Shown here piece by piece: positions 63,514 through 64,000 of a stretch of DNA of 64,000 bases. Positions within the stretch are counted from its first letter, which is position 1, and the number at the start of each line of letters is the position of its first letter. The notes beneath the pieces are model-generated. The model did not search any database. It was not told the DNA's origin and saw only the letters and a list, made by a program, of their open reading frames with translations. Origin of the DNA: Thermoproteota archaeon. Lineage in GTDB: Archaea; Thermoproteota; EX4484-205; JAAOZP01. The position numbers and the translations under genes were made by a program. The DNA is taken from positions 17,744-81,743 of the forward strand of contig JBNAVT010000001.1 of NCBI GenBank assembly GCA_049700215.1, in the 5' to 3' direction.

Positions 63514-63600
63514 CTTTCCCACAGGGCTAGAGCTTTAAGAGCATTCGCCTCATGGTTTCTTAATGAGAAAATCGCGCGCGCTATCCTTTTTCAACCGTAA
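63514..63600 (+). pseudogene. displaced, start-less ITPase 3' end
   Basis: Reads LSHRARALRAFASWFLNEKIARAILFQP*, compared with the ITPase tail FSHRARALRSFASWFLSRHEEK*. Confidence 0.7.
63515..63560 (+). repeat. direct repeat, right copy
   Basis: See 60575..60620. Flanked by GCGC-core motif copies at 63505..63515 and 63574..63583. Confidence 0.8.
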
Positions 63601-64000
63601 GCTTAGCGTGGGGCCCGTTGAGAATGATCTTCAACTTGTTGAGCATCTTCCTGCCGATTACAATATCCTCGACGAGGTCTGGGGCAGACAGGGGTACAAA
63701 GATTTCGTTCAAACCCAAGTCGATTATACGGTTAGCTTCTTCAGATATTAGGAATACTGGGAGCTCGAAAACTTCTCCCTTAATCAAGTGTCCAGGAGCC
63801 TCCATCTGCCTTGTGGAGACCGGCTTAAGGTTAAGGAGGAACTCTGCCAGTTCAAAGTTGGAGTATAAGGCCCCGTCGAAACCCGTGTCGACCAGACCCT
63901 CCACTATGGCGGCTTTACGTAAGTCATGCCTGACTATGAGAAGGCTCATCACAGGTATATCGGGTAGTTTAAAACCGTCAGACAGGACCCCGTCTTCATG
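63581..64000 (-). CDS. retropepsin-like aspartic protease (may extend beyond the window)
   Basis: LVDTGFDGAL (DTG active site) and IVIGRKMLNKLKIIL. The frame stays open upstream of the GTG at 63952 to the window edge. Confidence 0.6.
   Translation of the reverse strand, partial: HEDGVLSDGFKLPDIPVMSLLIVRHDLRKAAIVEGLVDTGFDGALYSNFELAEFLLNLKPVSTRQMEAPGHLIKGEVFELPVFLISEEANRIIDLGLNEIFVPLSAPDLVEDIVIGRKMLNKLKIILNGPHAKLTVEKG

Larger units (their letters stand above)
60591..63514 (+). mobile_element. about 2.9-kb AT-rich inserted segment (integrative-element-like, no integrase seen)
   Basis: Bounded by the duplicated ITPase tail. All genes are co-oriented. Composition is visibly AT-richer than both flanks. 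Confidence 0.55.

Noticed and set aside
63563-63751. Track ORF 63563..63751(+) as a gene.
   Set aside because: It is antisense to the well-supported retropepsin-like gene. Its start is created by the displaced ITPase tail and palindrome.

Overview
Archaeal chromosome segment, about 50% G+C by eye, most like a thermophilic Thermoproteota/TACK lineage. Supporting signs are BHB-type introns in two tRNAs and in cbf5, leaderless-style promoters, and eukaryote-like r-proteins. No tools were run: all calls rest on reading the supplied translations and the DNA by eye. Most of the window is information-processing core. It includes a thermosome, eS17, ABCE1, TIM, ArgRS, a four-subunit 2-oxoacid:ferredoxin oxidoreductase, and a long r-protein block (uS19 to uL15, then SecY, eL14, cbf5). 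It continues with the uS13-uS4-uS11-RpoD-eL18-uL13-uS9-RpoN-uS2 block, MEMO-like protein, mevalonate kinase, IDI-2, GluRS, L7Ae-eS28-eL24-Adk, aIF5B, eS6 and aIF2-gamma. The final core stretch is PIN, Rpo7, Spt4, DPCK, eS24, eS31, Kae1, Bud32, a thrC-hom-aspartokinase-like operon and an ITPase. Four accessory or decaying patches interrupt this core. (1) 7.6-11.05 kb: a GNAT remnant, an AT-rich cassette encoding a secreted protein with an 18-Cys C-terminal tail plus a 4-TM partner, another secreted protein, and start-less gene fragments, ending at a tRNA. (2) 17.75-22.6 kb: a truncated, frameshifted Cas6-like remnant, a secreted protein, a PAC2 chaperone, vapBC and a frameshifted URO-D-like gene. 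(3) 42.4-44.05 kb: a broken surface-protein gene. (4) 60.6-63.5 kb: an AT-rich insertion flanked by a duplicated ITPase 3' end. It carries a TGT/DpdA-fold enzyme with the exact CxCxxCx25H zinc site, a LAGLIDADG nuclease and an unknown protein. This is my best candidate for an undescribed mobile DNA-modification or selfish module. Cross-cutting signals are a family of short GCGCGC-core palindromes at cassette and gene-fragment boundaries, and a 120-bp near-identical inverted repeat pair bracketing about 32.6 kb of the ribosomal block. Several frameshifts also sit at homopolymer runs, so some 'pseudogenes' may be sequencing artefacts.
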